In this document: positions 17,444-24,992 of the stretch, piece by piece
Position numbering within the stretch: position 1 is the first letter of the stretch
How the letters are laid out: each line of letters opens with the position of its first letter
Assembly: GCF_000023205.1 (NCBI RefSeq)
Contig: NC_012803.1
Span: 150,001 to 182,000 of the forward strand
Reading direction: 5' to 3'
Length of the DNA: 32,000 bases
DNA from: Micrococcus luteus NCTC 2665
GTDB taxonomy: Bacteria > Actinomycetota > Actinomycetes > Actinomycetales > Micrococcaceae
Notes under the pieces: generated by a model
Databases searched by the model: none
Told to the model about the DNA's origin: nothing
What the model saw: only the letters and a program-made list of their open reading frames with translations
Program-made: the position numbers and the translations under genes

Positions 17444-17470
17444 TCTGTCCGGGGCGGGGATGTCCGTGCC

Positions 17471-17476
17471 TAGACT
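17471..17476 (+). promoter_or_regulatory. -10 hexamer TAGACT, 7 nt upstream of ATG 17484 (leaderless-type promoter)
   Basis: A TANNNT hexamer with no SD. It shares CCGTGCCTAGACT with the panC promoter. The ORF-track ATG at 17460 lies upstream of this -10 box. Confidence 0.5.
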
Positions 17477-17483
17477 GGACCCC

Positions 17484-17999
17484 ATGCCTGCCGACCGCCC
17501 CCTCACCCTCCGCTCGGCGCGGACCCAGGACGTCCCGGTCATCCAGGCGCTCGTGGAGCCGCTGGCGCGGGAGCGCGTGCTGCTCCAGAAGGAGGCGGTG
17601 GCCTACTACGAGGCCATCCAGGAGTTCGTGGTCGCCGAGGAGCCGGAGGGGACCCTGGCCGGCTTCGGCGCCCTCCACGTGATGTGGCAGGACATCGCCG
17701 AGGTCCGCACCCTCGCCGTCTCGGAGGCCCACCGGGGGGCCGGCGTCGGGCACCTGATCATCGAGGAGCTGCTGGACCGTGCGCGGGCCGTGGGCGTCGA
17801 GCGGGTCTTCTGCCTGACCTTCGAGGTCGAGTTCTTCCGCCGGCACGGTTTCGAGGTGATGGCGGACCAGTCCGCCGTGGACCCGGAGGTCTACGCGGAA
17901 CTGCTGCGCTCCACGGACGAGGGCGTCGCCGAGTTCCTGGACCTCGCCCGGGTCAAGCCGAACACGCTCGGCAACACGCGGATGATCCGCCGCCTCTGA
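17484..17999 (+). CDS. argA: Short-form amino-acid (glutamate) N-acetyltransferase, GNAT family, Rv2747/ArgA-like, 171 aa
   Basis: GNAT motif A is present (IAEVRTLAVSEAHRGAGVGHLIIEELL). The C-terminal VAEFLDLARVKPNTLGNTRM closely resembles the M. tuberculosis short ArgA as I recall it. Confidence 0.75.
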   Translation: MPADRPLTLRSARTQDVPVIQALVEPLARERVLLQKEAVAYYEAIQEFVVAEEPEGTLAGFGALHVMWQDIAEVRTLAVSEAHRGAGVGHLIIEELLDRARAVGVERVFCLTFEVEFFRRHGFEVMADQSAVDPEVYAELLRSTDEGVAEFLDLARVKPNTLGNTRMIRRL

Positions 18000-18036
18000 G
18001 CCGCCGCACCGCGGGCCGCCCCGTGCCCCGGCGAGG

Positions 18037-18969
18037 TCAGGCCGGGAAGGTGAGGCCGCCGTCGTCGTCCCGGGCCAGCAGCCCGTCCGACACGAGCCCG
18101 GCGACGCACCGCGCCCACTGCGCGTCGTCGGGGCGGTGCGACCCGAGCCGCCCCCCGGCCACGACGACGGCGGGCACCTCCGCCTCGGCCACGCGCCCGT
18201 GCTCGCGGACGGCGGCCATCACGGCCCCGCGCACCTGACGGTCCGTGCCGGCCCAGGTCTGGCCGCGCGGCACCTCCACCGGCGGCGGGGAGCCCGCCGC
18301 GACCCACGCGCACGTCTCCGCCAGGGGGCAGCGGTCGCAGGCGGGGGAGCGCGCGGTGCAGACGAGGGCCCCGAGTTCCATGACGGCCGCGTTCCACGCG
18401 TTGGCGCGGGCGGGGTCCTCGGGCATGAGGGCCTGGGCGCGGCGCATCTCGGCGCGGGTCAGCGACCTGCCGGGCAGGGCCTCACCCGCGACCGCGCGCG
18501 CGATCACCCGGCGCACGTTGGTGTCCACGACGGTCTCGGGGACGCCGAACGCGAAGCTCGCGACCGCCGCGGCCGTGTACTCGCCGATGCCGGGCAGGGC
18601 GCGCAGGGCGGCGGGGTCGGCCGGCACCCGGCCGTCGTGGCGCTCGACGACGGCCCGGGCGGCCTCCTGGAGGCGCAGGGACCGGCGCGGGTAGCCGAGC
18701 CGGTCCCAGGCCGTGAGCACGTCTGCGGTGGGGGCGACGGCCAGGTCAGCGGGGGTCGGCCAGCGCTCCAGCCACTCCCGCCAGCGGGGCAGCACCCGCA
18801 CGACCGGCGTCTGCTGGAGCATGATCTCCGAGACGAGCACACCCCACGGGGAGCAGTCCGGGCTGCGCCAGGGCAGGTCCCGGGCGTGGACGGCGAACCA
18901 CCCCAGCACCGCGTCGTGCAGGCGCGGCACGTCCACCGTGGGCGGGACGAGGGGGGCGGGCGCGGGCAT
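18037..18969 (-). CDS. mutY: A/G-specific adenine DNA glycosylase MutY, 310 aa
   Basis: The HhH-GPD region is present (WGVLVSEIMLQQTPV, LGYPRRSLRLQEAA, LPGIGEYTAAAVASFAFG...VDTNVRRV). The 4Fe-4S cluster loop is C-x6-C-x2-C-x5-C (CTARSPACDRCPLAETC). I prefer ATG 18969 because the ORF-track GTG at 18978 overlaps the -10 box. Confidence 0.9.
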   Translation of the reverse strand: MPAPAPLVPPTVDVPRLHDAVLGWFAVHARDLPWRSPDCSPWGVLVSEIMLQQTPVVRVLPRWREWLERWPTPADLAVAPTADVLTAWDRLGYPRRSLRLQEAARAVVERHDGRVPADPAALRALPGIGEYTAAAVASFAFGVPETVVDTNVRRVIARAVAGEALPGRSLTRAEMRRAQALMPEDPARANAWNAAVMELGALVCTARSPACDRCPLAETCAWVAAGSPPPVEVPRGQTWAGTDRQVRGAVMAAVREHGRVAEAEVPAVVVAGGRLGSHRPDDAQWARCVAGLVSDGLLARDDDGGLTFPA

Positions 18970-18976
18970 GACGTCC

Positions 18977-18982
18977 ACTGTA
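18977..18982 (-). promoter_or_regulatory. -10 hexamer TACAGT (minus strand), 7 nt upstream of the mutY ATG (leaderless-type)
   Basis: The plus-strand ACTGTA at 18977-18982 reads TACAGT on the minus strand. A 7-nt spacer separates it from ATG 18969. Confidence 0.45.
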
Positions 18983-18997
18983 GGGTGCGCCGCCGCC

Positions 18998-19003
18998 TAC
19001 CCT
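18998..19003 (+). promoter_or_regulatory. -10 hexamer TACCCT, 7 nt upstream of ATG 19011 (leaderless-type)
   Basis: A TANNNT hexamer with no SD. It lies 15 nt from the divergent mutY -10 box. Confidence 0.4.
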
Positions 19004-19010
19004 GGATCGC

Positions 19011-19841
19011 ATGCCGTCTCGTCCGACTTCCCCCGGGTCGAAGCCGTCCCCCGCCGTCTACCGCCGCCGGCGGCTCGTGGCCGCCCTGCTCGCCCTCGTG
19101 CTCCTGATCCTGGTGGGGTGGGCCGTCGTGGCGCTCGTCCGTGCCGGGATCGGCGCCTTCTCCTCCGAGGACGCCGACCCCTCCGCCGCCCCGACGCCGG
19201 TGCACTCCCCGTCGCCCGCCCCGGCCACGGACGCCGAGTCCGGCTCCGCCTCGCCCACCGTGGCCGTCGAGGACGCGGCCGAGTGCCAGCCCTCGGACCT
19301 GCGGATCGCCGCCTCCGCGGACCGGTCCGAGTACCAGCGGGGGGAGGAGGCCGAGCTGCGCCTGGGCATCACGAACCTCTCCTCGACCCCCTGCCGCACG
19401 GATGTGGGCACGGCCCGGCAGGAGTTCACGATCCGCACGGCCGAGGGCGACGACGTCTTCTCCACCCGCATCTGCCAGGCGGACCCCGCGGAGGCCCAGC
19501 GGGTGCTGTACCCGCACGAGGAGCTCACCGCCGTATACCGCTGGTCCGGCCGCGCCTCGAGCCAGGACTGCGGCCGCCTCGGCGCTCTCGCGGAGCCCGG
19601 GCCCCATCTGCTGACGGTCAGCCTCGGCGACGTCACCTCCCGCCCCGTCGCGCTGAAGATCCTCGAGGAGCTCGCCCCGGGGGCCCAGGACGGCAGCTCC
19701 TCGGCCACCCCCTCCTCGAGCGGCAGCGCCTCCCCGTCGGCGTCCGCCTCAGCTCCTGCGTCGGCCTCAGCCTCGGCGTCGGCCTCGCCGTCCGCGGCAC
19801 CGGCCACGACCACCGACCCGTCGCCGTCGCCGTCTCGCTGA
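19011..19841 (+). CDS. Membrane-anchored extracytoplasmic protein with a Cys-containing beta-rich domain (DUF4232-like?) and a Ser/Ala/Pro low-complexity tail, 276 aa
   Basis: The order is: an N-terminal RRRR-TM anchor (LVAALLALVLLILVGWAVVALV), a Pro/Ser/Ala linker, a domain with 4 Cys (ECQPSDLRI...ITNLSSTPCRTDVG...TRICQ...SSQDCG), then an SASASAPASASASASASPS tail. The domain family guess has low confidence. Confidence 0.6.
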   Translation: MPSRPTSPGSKPSPAVYRRRRLVAALLALVLLILVGWAVVALVRAGIGAFSSEDADPSAAPTPVHSPSPAPATDAESGSASPTVAVEDAAECQPSDLRIAASADRSEYQRGEEAELRLGITNLSSTPCRTDVGTARQEFTIRTAEGDDVFSTRICQADPAEAQRVLYPHEELTAVYRWSGRASSQDCGRLGALAEPGPHLLTVSLGDVTSRPVALKILEELAPGAQDGSSSATPSSSGSASPSASASAPASASASASASPSAAPATTTDPSPSPSR

Positions 19842-19854
19842 GCCGGGCGCGCCG

Positions 19855-21291
19855 TCAGCGGCCGGGGCCGGCATCCGGATGCGCGGCCGGGCCGCCGCCC
19901 GTCCACGTGGGGATCGTGGCGAGGGCCTCGCCGATCGAGCCGACCTCCGCCACCGTGAAGCCCGCCGGGACGTCCCCGAGCGGCTCGGGGGAGCGGGGGA
20001 CCAGGGCGCGGGTGAAGCCCAGCCGCGCGGCCTCGCGCACCCGTCGCCCGATGCCGGGCACGGGGCGCACCTCCCCGGCCAGCCCGAGCTCGCCGACCGC
20101 GATCATCCCCTGCGGGACGGGGGCCGAGAGCTTCGCCGAGGCCACGGCGACGGCCACGGCCAGGTCCGAGGCGGGCTCCGAGAGTCGCACGCCGCCCACG
20201 GTGGCCACGTAGCAGTCGTCCTGGGCGAGGGCGAAACGGGCCCGGCGCTGGAGCACGGCCAGGAGCATGTTCACGCGCGCCGCGTCCACGCCGGAGACGG
20301 TGCGGCGCGGGCTGCCGCCGGCGGACGGGGTGAGCAGGGACTGCACCTCGGCCACGAGCGGGCGCCGGCCCTCGAGCGTCACCGTCACGCACGTGCCCTC
20401 GACCGGCTCCGAGACGCCCGAGAGGAACAGGCCGGAGGGGTCGTCCAGGGACTCGATGCCGTCCTCCCTCAGGTCGAAGCAGCCGACCTCGTCCGTGGGT
20501 CCGAAGCGGTTCTTCACCGCACGCACCAGGCGTAGCCGTGAGTGGCGGTCCCCCTCGAACTGGCAGACCACGTCCACGAGGTGCTCGAGCAGCCGCGGAC
20601 CCGCGATGGTCCCGTCCTTCGTCACGTGGCCCACCAGGACCGTGGTGATCCCCTTCTCCTTGGCCGTGCGGATGAGGCTGGCCGCCACCTCGCGCACCTG
20701 GCTGACGCCCCCGGCGATCCCGTCCACCTCGGTGGACTGCAGGGTCTGCACGGAGTCCACGATCACCAGCTCCGGGTCCGTCCGCTCGATCTGCCCCAGC
20801 GCCCGGCCCAGGTCCGTCTCCGCCGTCAGACGCAGGGTGTCCGCGATCGCCCCGATCCGGTCTGCCCGAGAGCGCACCTGGGCCGCCGACTCCTCGCCCG
20901 TCAGGTACAGCACCGAGCGTGGACCGCCGCCGCCCGCGCCGCGGGCCGTCTGGGCGGCCACGTCCAGCAGCAGCGTGGACTTGCCGATGCCCGGCTCGCC
21001 GGCCAGCAGGATCACCGCGCCCGGCACGAGGCCGCCGCCGAGCACGCGGTCCAGCTCGCGCACCCCCGTGGAGCGGAACGAGGCCAGCGTGGCGTCCACG
21101 TCCGCGATGCGCGGCGCGACCTCCGCGACCGTGGCCGCGCGCGTGCGGCCGGTGGTGGACGTCAGGCCGATCTCCTCGACCGTGCCCCACGACTGGCACT
21201 CCCCGCAGCGGCCGACCCACTTCACGGTGGTCCAGCCGCACTCGGTGCAGCGGTATCCGGGGGCGCGCTTCGGGGCGGTCTTGGTGGCCAT
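19855..21291 (-). CDS. radA: DNA repair protein RadA/Sms, 478 aa
   Basis: The N-terminal zinc finger is YRCTECGWTTVKWVGRCGECQSWGT. The Walker A motif is LLAGEPGIGKST. The KNRFG motif (AVKNRFGPTDE) and a Lon-like C-terminal domain are present. Confidence 0.95.
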   Translation of the reverse strand: MATKTAPKRAPGYRCTECGWTTVKWVGRCGECQSWGTVEEIGLTSTTGRTRAATVAEVAPRIADVDATLASFRSTGVRELDRVLGGGLVPGAVILLAGEPGIGKSTLLLDVAAQTARGAGGGGPRSVLYLTGEESAAQVRSRADRIGAIADTLRLTAETDLGRALGQIERTDPELVIVDSVQTLQSTEVDGIAGGVSQVREVAASLIRTAKEKGITTVLVGHVTKDGTIAGPRLLEHLVDVVCQFEGDRHSRLRLVRAVKNRFGPTDEVGCFDLREDGIESLDDPSGLFLSGVSEPVEGTCVTVTLEGRRPLVAEVQSLLTPSAGGSPRRTVSGVDAARVNMLLAVLQRRARFALAQDDCYVATVGGVRLSEPASDLAVAVAVASAKLSAPVPQGMIAVGELGLAGEVRPVPGIGRRVREAARLGFTRALVPRSPEPLGDVPAGFTVAEVGSIGEALATIPTWTGGGPAAHPDAGPGR

Positions 21292-21297
21292 GCGCCC

Positions 21298-21303
21298 ACT
21301 CTA
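21298..21303 (-). promoter_or_regulatory. -10 hexamer TAGAGT (minus strand), 6 nt upstream of the radA ATG (leaderless-type), with a -35-like TTAACG 16 nt upstream
   Basis: The minus strand reads TTAACG-16 nt-TAGAGT-GGGCGC-ATG. No SD is present. Confidence 0.5.
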
Positions 21304-21380
21304 GGAGCCGGGGCGGACGCGTTAACCGGCCCGCGCACGGCCCCGCCGTCGACCGCCGGGGCCGCGCTCCGCCGTCGGGC

Positions 21381-22550
21381 TCAGACGCGGGGCAGGTAGG
21401 CCCGCGCCTCGTCGTGCTCGGCGCCCGTGGCCTCGATGAGGTCCACCATCATGGGCCGCAGCAGCATCACGAGCGCCTCGCCGTGCACGGATCCGCCGCC
21501 CAGCTGGTGCGGGTCCAACGCGGAGGCGGACGCCCCCAGGGCGTCCCGCGCCACGGACAGCGAGCGATGGCGGCCCTCGGCCTGGGGCTCCACGAGGGAG
21601 CGGTGCAGGATCTCGACGGCGTCCGCGGCGTCGTCGAACCAGGCGGCCAGGCGCTCGCGGTCGTCGTCGTCGAGCACGCCCTCGTCCAGGGCCGAGACCA
21701 CCCGCCGGGCCACGATCCGCAGGGAGCGCACCGCCAGATCCGAGCGGTCCGCCGCGTTCACCGCGTCCTCCACGAAGGAGCGCGAGGAGCGGTGCAGCGG
21801 GTTGAACACGGTCTGCTCATGTGTGACGCGCAGCTCCTTGCGCAGCGCCTCCAGCGTGGTGTGCGTGCCGCGGCTGGCCACCAGCGCCATCCAGGCGGTG
21901 CGGGAGTCGTTCTCCCGCAGGGCCCGGGAGAGGTCGCGCAGCACCGTGGCGATCGAGTCGTAGAGTCCACCCAGCTGACGCACCGCGGGACGGCGCACGT
22001 CCTGGGGCGAGAGGAACGTGACGAGCAGGGCCAGGACGCCGCCCACGATCGCGTCCTGGCTGCGGACGAACGGCCCTCCCGTGCCGGTGGGCAGGAGGAC
22101 CACGAGGACGGACTGCAGGGACATCTGCATCGTGAATGTGGCGCCGGAGTCCAGGAACCGGGCCACCATCACGGACACGAACAGGACCACCGAGGCCTGC
22201 CACAGGCCGCGGCCGAGCCCGACCATGAGCAGGTCCCCGATCAGGATGCCGACGGTGCAGCCGACGGCGACCTCGGCCACCTTGCGCAGCTTCGGCTCCC
22301 GTTGGAAGCCGAGGGCGATCAGTAGGGCGGTGGAGGCGAACAGGGGCTGCTGGTGGCCCAGGACGGCCTCCGCGAACCAGTAGGCGCCCACCGCGCAGAC
22401 AGCGACGAGGGCGGCCTGGCCCACGGAGGAGCGGACGCGGGACCAGCCCGCACGGGCGCGCCGACGCAGGAAGCGGCCGAGACGTTCCCCGCGGGTCTGG
22501 GGGTCGACCATCGGCACCGTGCCCGTGGCGGTGGCGAAGCGGTCCGTCAT
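21381..22550 (-). CDS. FUSC-family (aromatic acid exporter/fusaric-acid-resistance-like) integral membrane protein, 389 aa
   Basis: The N-terminal half has about 5-6 TM helices (ALVAVCAVGAYWF..., LIALGF, VAVGCTVGILIGDLLMV...). A long cytoplasmic helical C-terminal half follows. This is the FUSC-like layout as I recall it. Confidence 0.65.
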   Translation of the reverse strand: MTDRFATATGTVPMVDPQTRGERLGRFLRRRARAGWSRVRSSVGQAALVAVCAVGAYWFAEAVLGHQQPLFASTALLIALGFQREPKLRKVAEVAVGCTVGILIGDLLMVGLGRGLWQASVVLFVSVMVARFLDSGATFTMQMSLQSVLVVLLPTGTGGPFVRSQDAIVGGVLALLVTFLSPQDVRRPAVRQLGGLYDSIATVLRDLSRALRENDSRTAWMALVASRGTHTTLEALRKELRVTHEQTVFNPLHRSSRSFVEDAVNAADRSDLAVRSLRIVARRVVSALDEGVLDDDDRERLAAWFDDAADAVEILHRSLVEPQAEGRHRSLSVARDALGASASALDPHQLGGGSVHGEALVMLLRPMMVDLIEATGAEHDEARAYLPRV

Positions 22551-22556
22551 GCGGCC

Positions 22557-22562
22557 AGCCTA
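22557..22562 (-). promoter_or_regulatory. -10 hexamer TAGGCT (minus strand), 6 nt upstream of ATG 22550 (leaderless-type)
   Basis: The plus-strand AGCCTA at 22557-22562 is followed on the minus strand by the spacer GGCCGC and then ATG. Confidence 0.45.
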
Positions 22563-22648
22563 GTCCGACGCCGCGGTGCCCCCGCCGTGCGAGGCTCAAC
22601 CAAGCATTGTGGCCCACGGCACAGATCATTCCTGCGAATGCCGCTCCC

Positions 22649-22692
22649 GTTCACCATCTGTTCACCCCGGCCGAGCACTCGATTCACCTCTG
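22649..22692 (+). promoter_or_regulatory. PHO box array: four in-phase 11-nt direct repeat units upstream of pstS
   Basis: The units are GTTCACCATCT (22649-22659), GTTCACCCCGG (22660-22670), a degenerate CCGAGCACTCG (22671-22681) and ATTCACCTCTG (22682-22692). The array is immediately followed by the palindrome GACCGTACGGTC (22693-22704), which contains a candidate -10 hexamer TACGGT. Confidence 0.7.
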
Positions 22693-22776
22693 GACCGTAC
22701 GGTCGGGTGCGGTGCAGAACCGGGCCAGCCGGACGCTCTGCCCTCACCGTCGTCATCCGATTGAAAGAGGCTCTTC

Positions 22777-23895
22777 GTGAAGGCTCACCGCTTCGGCCGC
22801 TCCGCCGCCCTCCTGTCCGTGGCCGCCATCGCCCTGACCGCCTGCTCCTCCGCGGGCAACACCGACAACGGCTCGTCCTCCTCCGCCGCCGGGGACACCG
22901 GCTCCGAGCAGGCGACCTTCGAGGCCAAGGGCCAGCTGAAGGGCGCCGGCGCCACCTCGCAGGAGTCCGCCATCGGTGCGTGGGCCGACGGCGTGACCTC
23001 GGTCGCCCCCGAGCTGACCGTGCAGTACTCGCCGGACGGCTCCGGCGCCGGCCGCGAGAAGTTCCTCGCCGGCGCCGTCTCCTTCGCCGGCTCCGACTCC
23101 GCCATGAAGGACGAGGAGGCCGACAAGGCCAAGGAGGTCTGCGGCGACCAGGGCGCCTTCCACGTGCCCGCCTACGTCTCCCCGATCGCCATCGCCTACA
23201 ACCTGCCCTCCGTCAAGGAGGACATCAAGATGGACGCGGAGACCGTGGCCAAGGTGTTCTCGGGCGAGATCAAGAAGTGGAACGACGACGCCATCGCCTC
23301 GCAGAACGAGGGCGTCGAGCTGCCCGACACCGACATCACCGTCGTGCACCGCTCGGACAAGTCCGGCACCACCAAGAACTTCGTGTCCTACCTCTCCGAG
23401 GCCGCCCCGGAGGCCTGGACCTACGAGGTCGCCGAGGAGTGGCCGTCCGACATCACCGCCGAGTCCGCGCAGGGCACCAAGGGCGTCGTGGGTCAGGCCT
23501 CCTCCACCGAGGGCGCCATCACCTACACCGACGCCTCGGCCGTGGGCACCCTGGGCACCGTCGACGTCAAGGTCGGCGACGAGTACGTGAAGGAGTCCCC
23601 GGAGGCCGCCGCCAAGCTGGTCGAGACCTCGGAGGAGAAGGAGGACGGCTCGCTCGAGATCGACCGTGCCACCACCGAGCAGGGCGTGTACCCCGTCGTG
23701 CTGGTCTCCTACCACATCTACTGCAACCAGTACGACTCGCAGGAGACCGTGGACCAGGTGAAGGCCTTCGGCGAGTACGTCGTGTCCGAGGACGGCCAGA
23801 AGGCCGCCCAGGAGGCCGCCGGCAACGCCCCCATCACCGCGGCCACCCGCGATGCCGCGATGAAGCGCATCGAGGCCATCTCCGTCCAGGGCTGA
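22777..23895 (+). CDS. pstS: Phosphate ABC transporter substrate-binding lipoprotein PstS, 372 aa
   Basis: A lipobox is present (LSVAAIALTAC-SS). PstS-like motifs are GAGATSQESA, YSPDGSGAGREKF and SDKSGTTKNF. The GTG start follows the SD GAAAGAGG. Confidence 0.93.
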   Translation: MKAHRFGRSAALLSVAAIALTACSSAGNTDNGSSSSAAGDTGSEQATFEAKGQLKGAGATSQESAIGAWADGVTSVAPELTVQYSPDGSGAGREKFLAGAVSFAGSDSAMKDEEADKAKEVCGDQGAFHVPAYVSPIAIAYNLPSVKEDIKMDAETVAKVFSGEIKKWNDDAIASQNEGVELPDTDITVVHRSDKSGTTKNFVSYLSEAAPEAWTYEVAEEWPSDITAESAQGTKGVVGQASSTEGAITYTDASAVGTLGTVDVKVGDEYVKESPEAAAKLVETSEEKEDGSLEIDRATTEQGVYPVVLVSYHIYCNQYDSQETVDQVKAFGEYVVSEDGQKAAQEAAGNAPITAATRDAAMKRIEAISVQG

Positions 23896-24031
23896 CCCAG
23901 GTCCTCGACCTGATCGTCCCTCCGCTTCGGCCGCCGAGCCCCTGCTGGGGCCCGGCGGCTGAAGCCGCCTCCGGGCACCGTCCCGCACGGCCCATCCCCG
24001 CCCCCTGACCCCGCAATCGAGGGAAAGCACC

Positions 24032-24991
24032 GTGACCTCACCTGCCGTCGAGACGACCAAGGGCTCGTCCACGTCGCTGCGCGGCTCGCGTCGCGGCACC
24101 GCCGGAGACAGCATCTTCTCCGGCTTCGCCCTGGCGTCCGCCGTCCTGATCCTTCTCGTCCTCGCCTTCGTGGCCATCTTCCTGGTGGGGGAGGCATGGC
24201 CGGCCATCAAGCCCGGCGCCGAGCTCGAGTCCGCCGACTCCTTCTTCCAGTACGTCTGGCCGCTCATGGCCGGTACGGTCATGGCCGCCATCATCGCGCT
24301 GCTGCTGGCCACCCCGGTCGCCGTCGGCGTCGCGCTGTTCATCTCGCACTACGCCCCTCGGCGCATCGCCCAGCCGGTCGGCTTCGTCATCGACCTGCTG
24401 GCCGCCATCCCGTCGGTGGTCTACGGCGTGTGGGGGTGGCTGACCCTGGCGCCGCTCATGGTGCCGATCTACGCCTGGCTCAACAAGTACCTCGGCTTCA
24501 TCCCGTTCTTCTCCGGCAGTGCCAGCACCACCGGCCGCACGCTGCTGACGTCCGGCGTCGTGCTCGCGGTCATGGTGCTGCCGATCATCACCGCGCTCTG
24601 CCGCGAGATCTTCACGCAGACCCCGAAGCTGCACGAGGAGGCCGCGCTCGGCCTCGGCGCCACGCGCTGGGAGATGATCAAGATGACCGTCTTCCCGTTC
24701 GCCCGCGCCGGCATCGTCTCCTCGATCATGCTCGGCCTGGGCCGCGCGCTGGGCGAGACCATGGCCGTGACCATGGTGCTCTCGGGCGGCGTGTTCGCCT
24801 GGTCGCTCGTCGAGTCGGGCAAAAACCAGACGATCCCGTCGGAGATCGCCCTGAACTTCCCGGAGGCCTTCGGCATGCGCCTCCACGAGCTGATCGCCGC
24901 GGGCCTCATGCTCTTCGTCATCACCCTCGCGGTGAACATGATCGCCCGAGCGATCGTGAACAAGCACAAGGAATTCTCGGGGGCCAACTGA
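24032..24991 (+). CDS. pstC: Phosphate ABC transporter permease PstC, 319 aa
   Basis: It has six TM helices. The EAA-type loop is EEAALGLGATRWEMIKMTVFPFARAGIVSSIMLGLGRALGETMAV. It sits between pstS and pstA. Confidence 0.93.
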   Translation: MTSPAVETTKGSSTSLRGSRRGTAGDSIFSGFALASAVLILLVLAFVAIFLVGEAWPAIKPGAELESADSFFQYVWPLMAGTVMAAIIALLLATPVAVGVALFISHYAPRRIAQPVGFVIDLLAAIPSVVYGVWGWLTLAPLMVPIYAWLNKYLGFIPFFSGSASTTGRTLLTSGVVLAVMVLPIITALCREIFTQTPKLHEEAALGLGATRWEMIKMTVFPFARAGIVSSIMLGLGRALGETMAVTMVLSGGVFAWSLVESGKNQTIPSEIALNFPEAFGMRLHELIAAGLMLFVITLAVNMIARAIVNKHKEFSGAN

Positions 24992-24992
24992 C

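Noticed and set aside
17205-17999. The small antitoxin-like gene followed by a GNAT acetyltransferase, considered as a possible GNAT-toxin/antitoxin (TacT/AtaT-like) module.
   Set aside because: A 17-bp terminator and an independent leaderless promoter separate the two genes. The small protein has no RHH-type DNA-binding features. The GNAT closely resembles the short mycobacterial N-acetylglutamate synthase, including its distinctive C-terminus.
19700-19838. Repetitive GCCTC/GCGTC-rich DNA, considered as a possible tandem repeat locus or CRISPR-like array.
   Set aside because: It lies inside a high-GC3 coding frame and simply encodes the Ser/Ala/Pro low-complexity tail of the 276-aa membrane protein. 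The units are short, irregular and unspaced.
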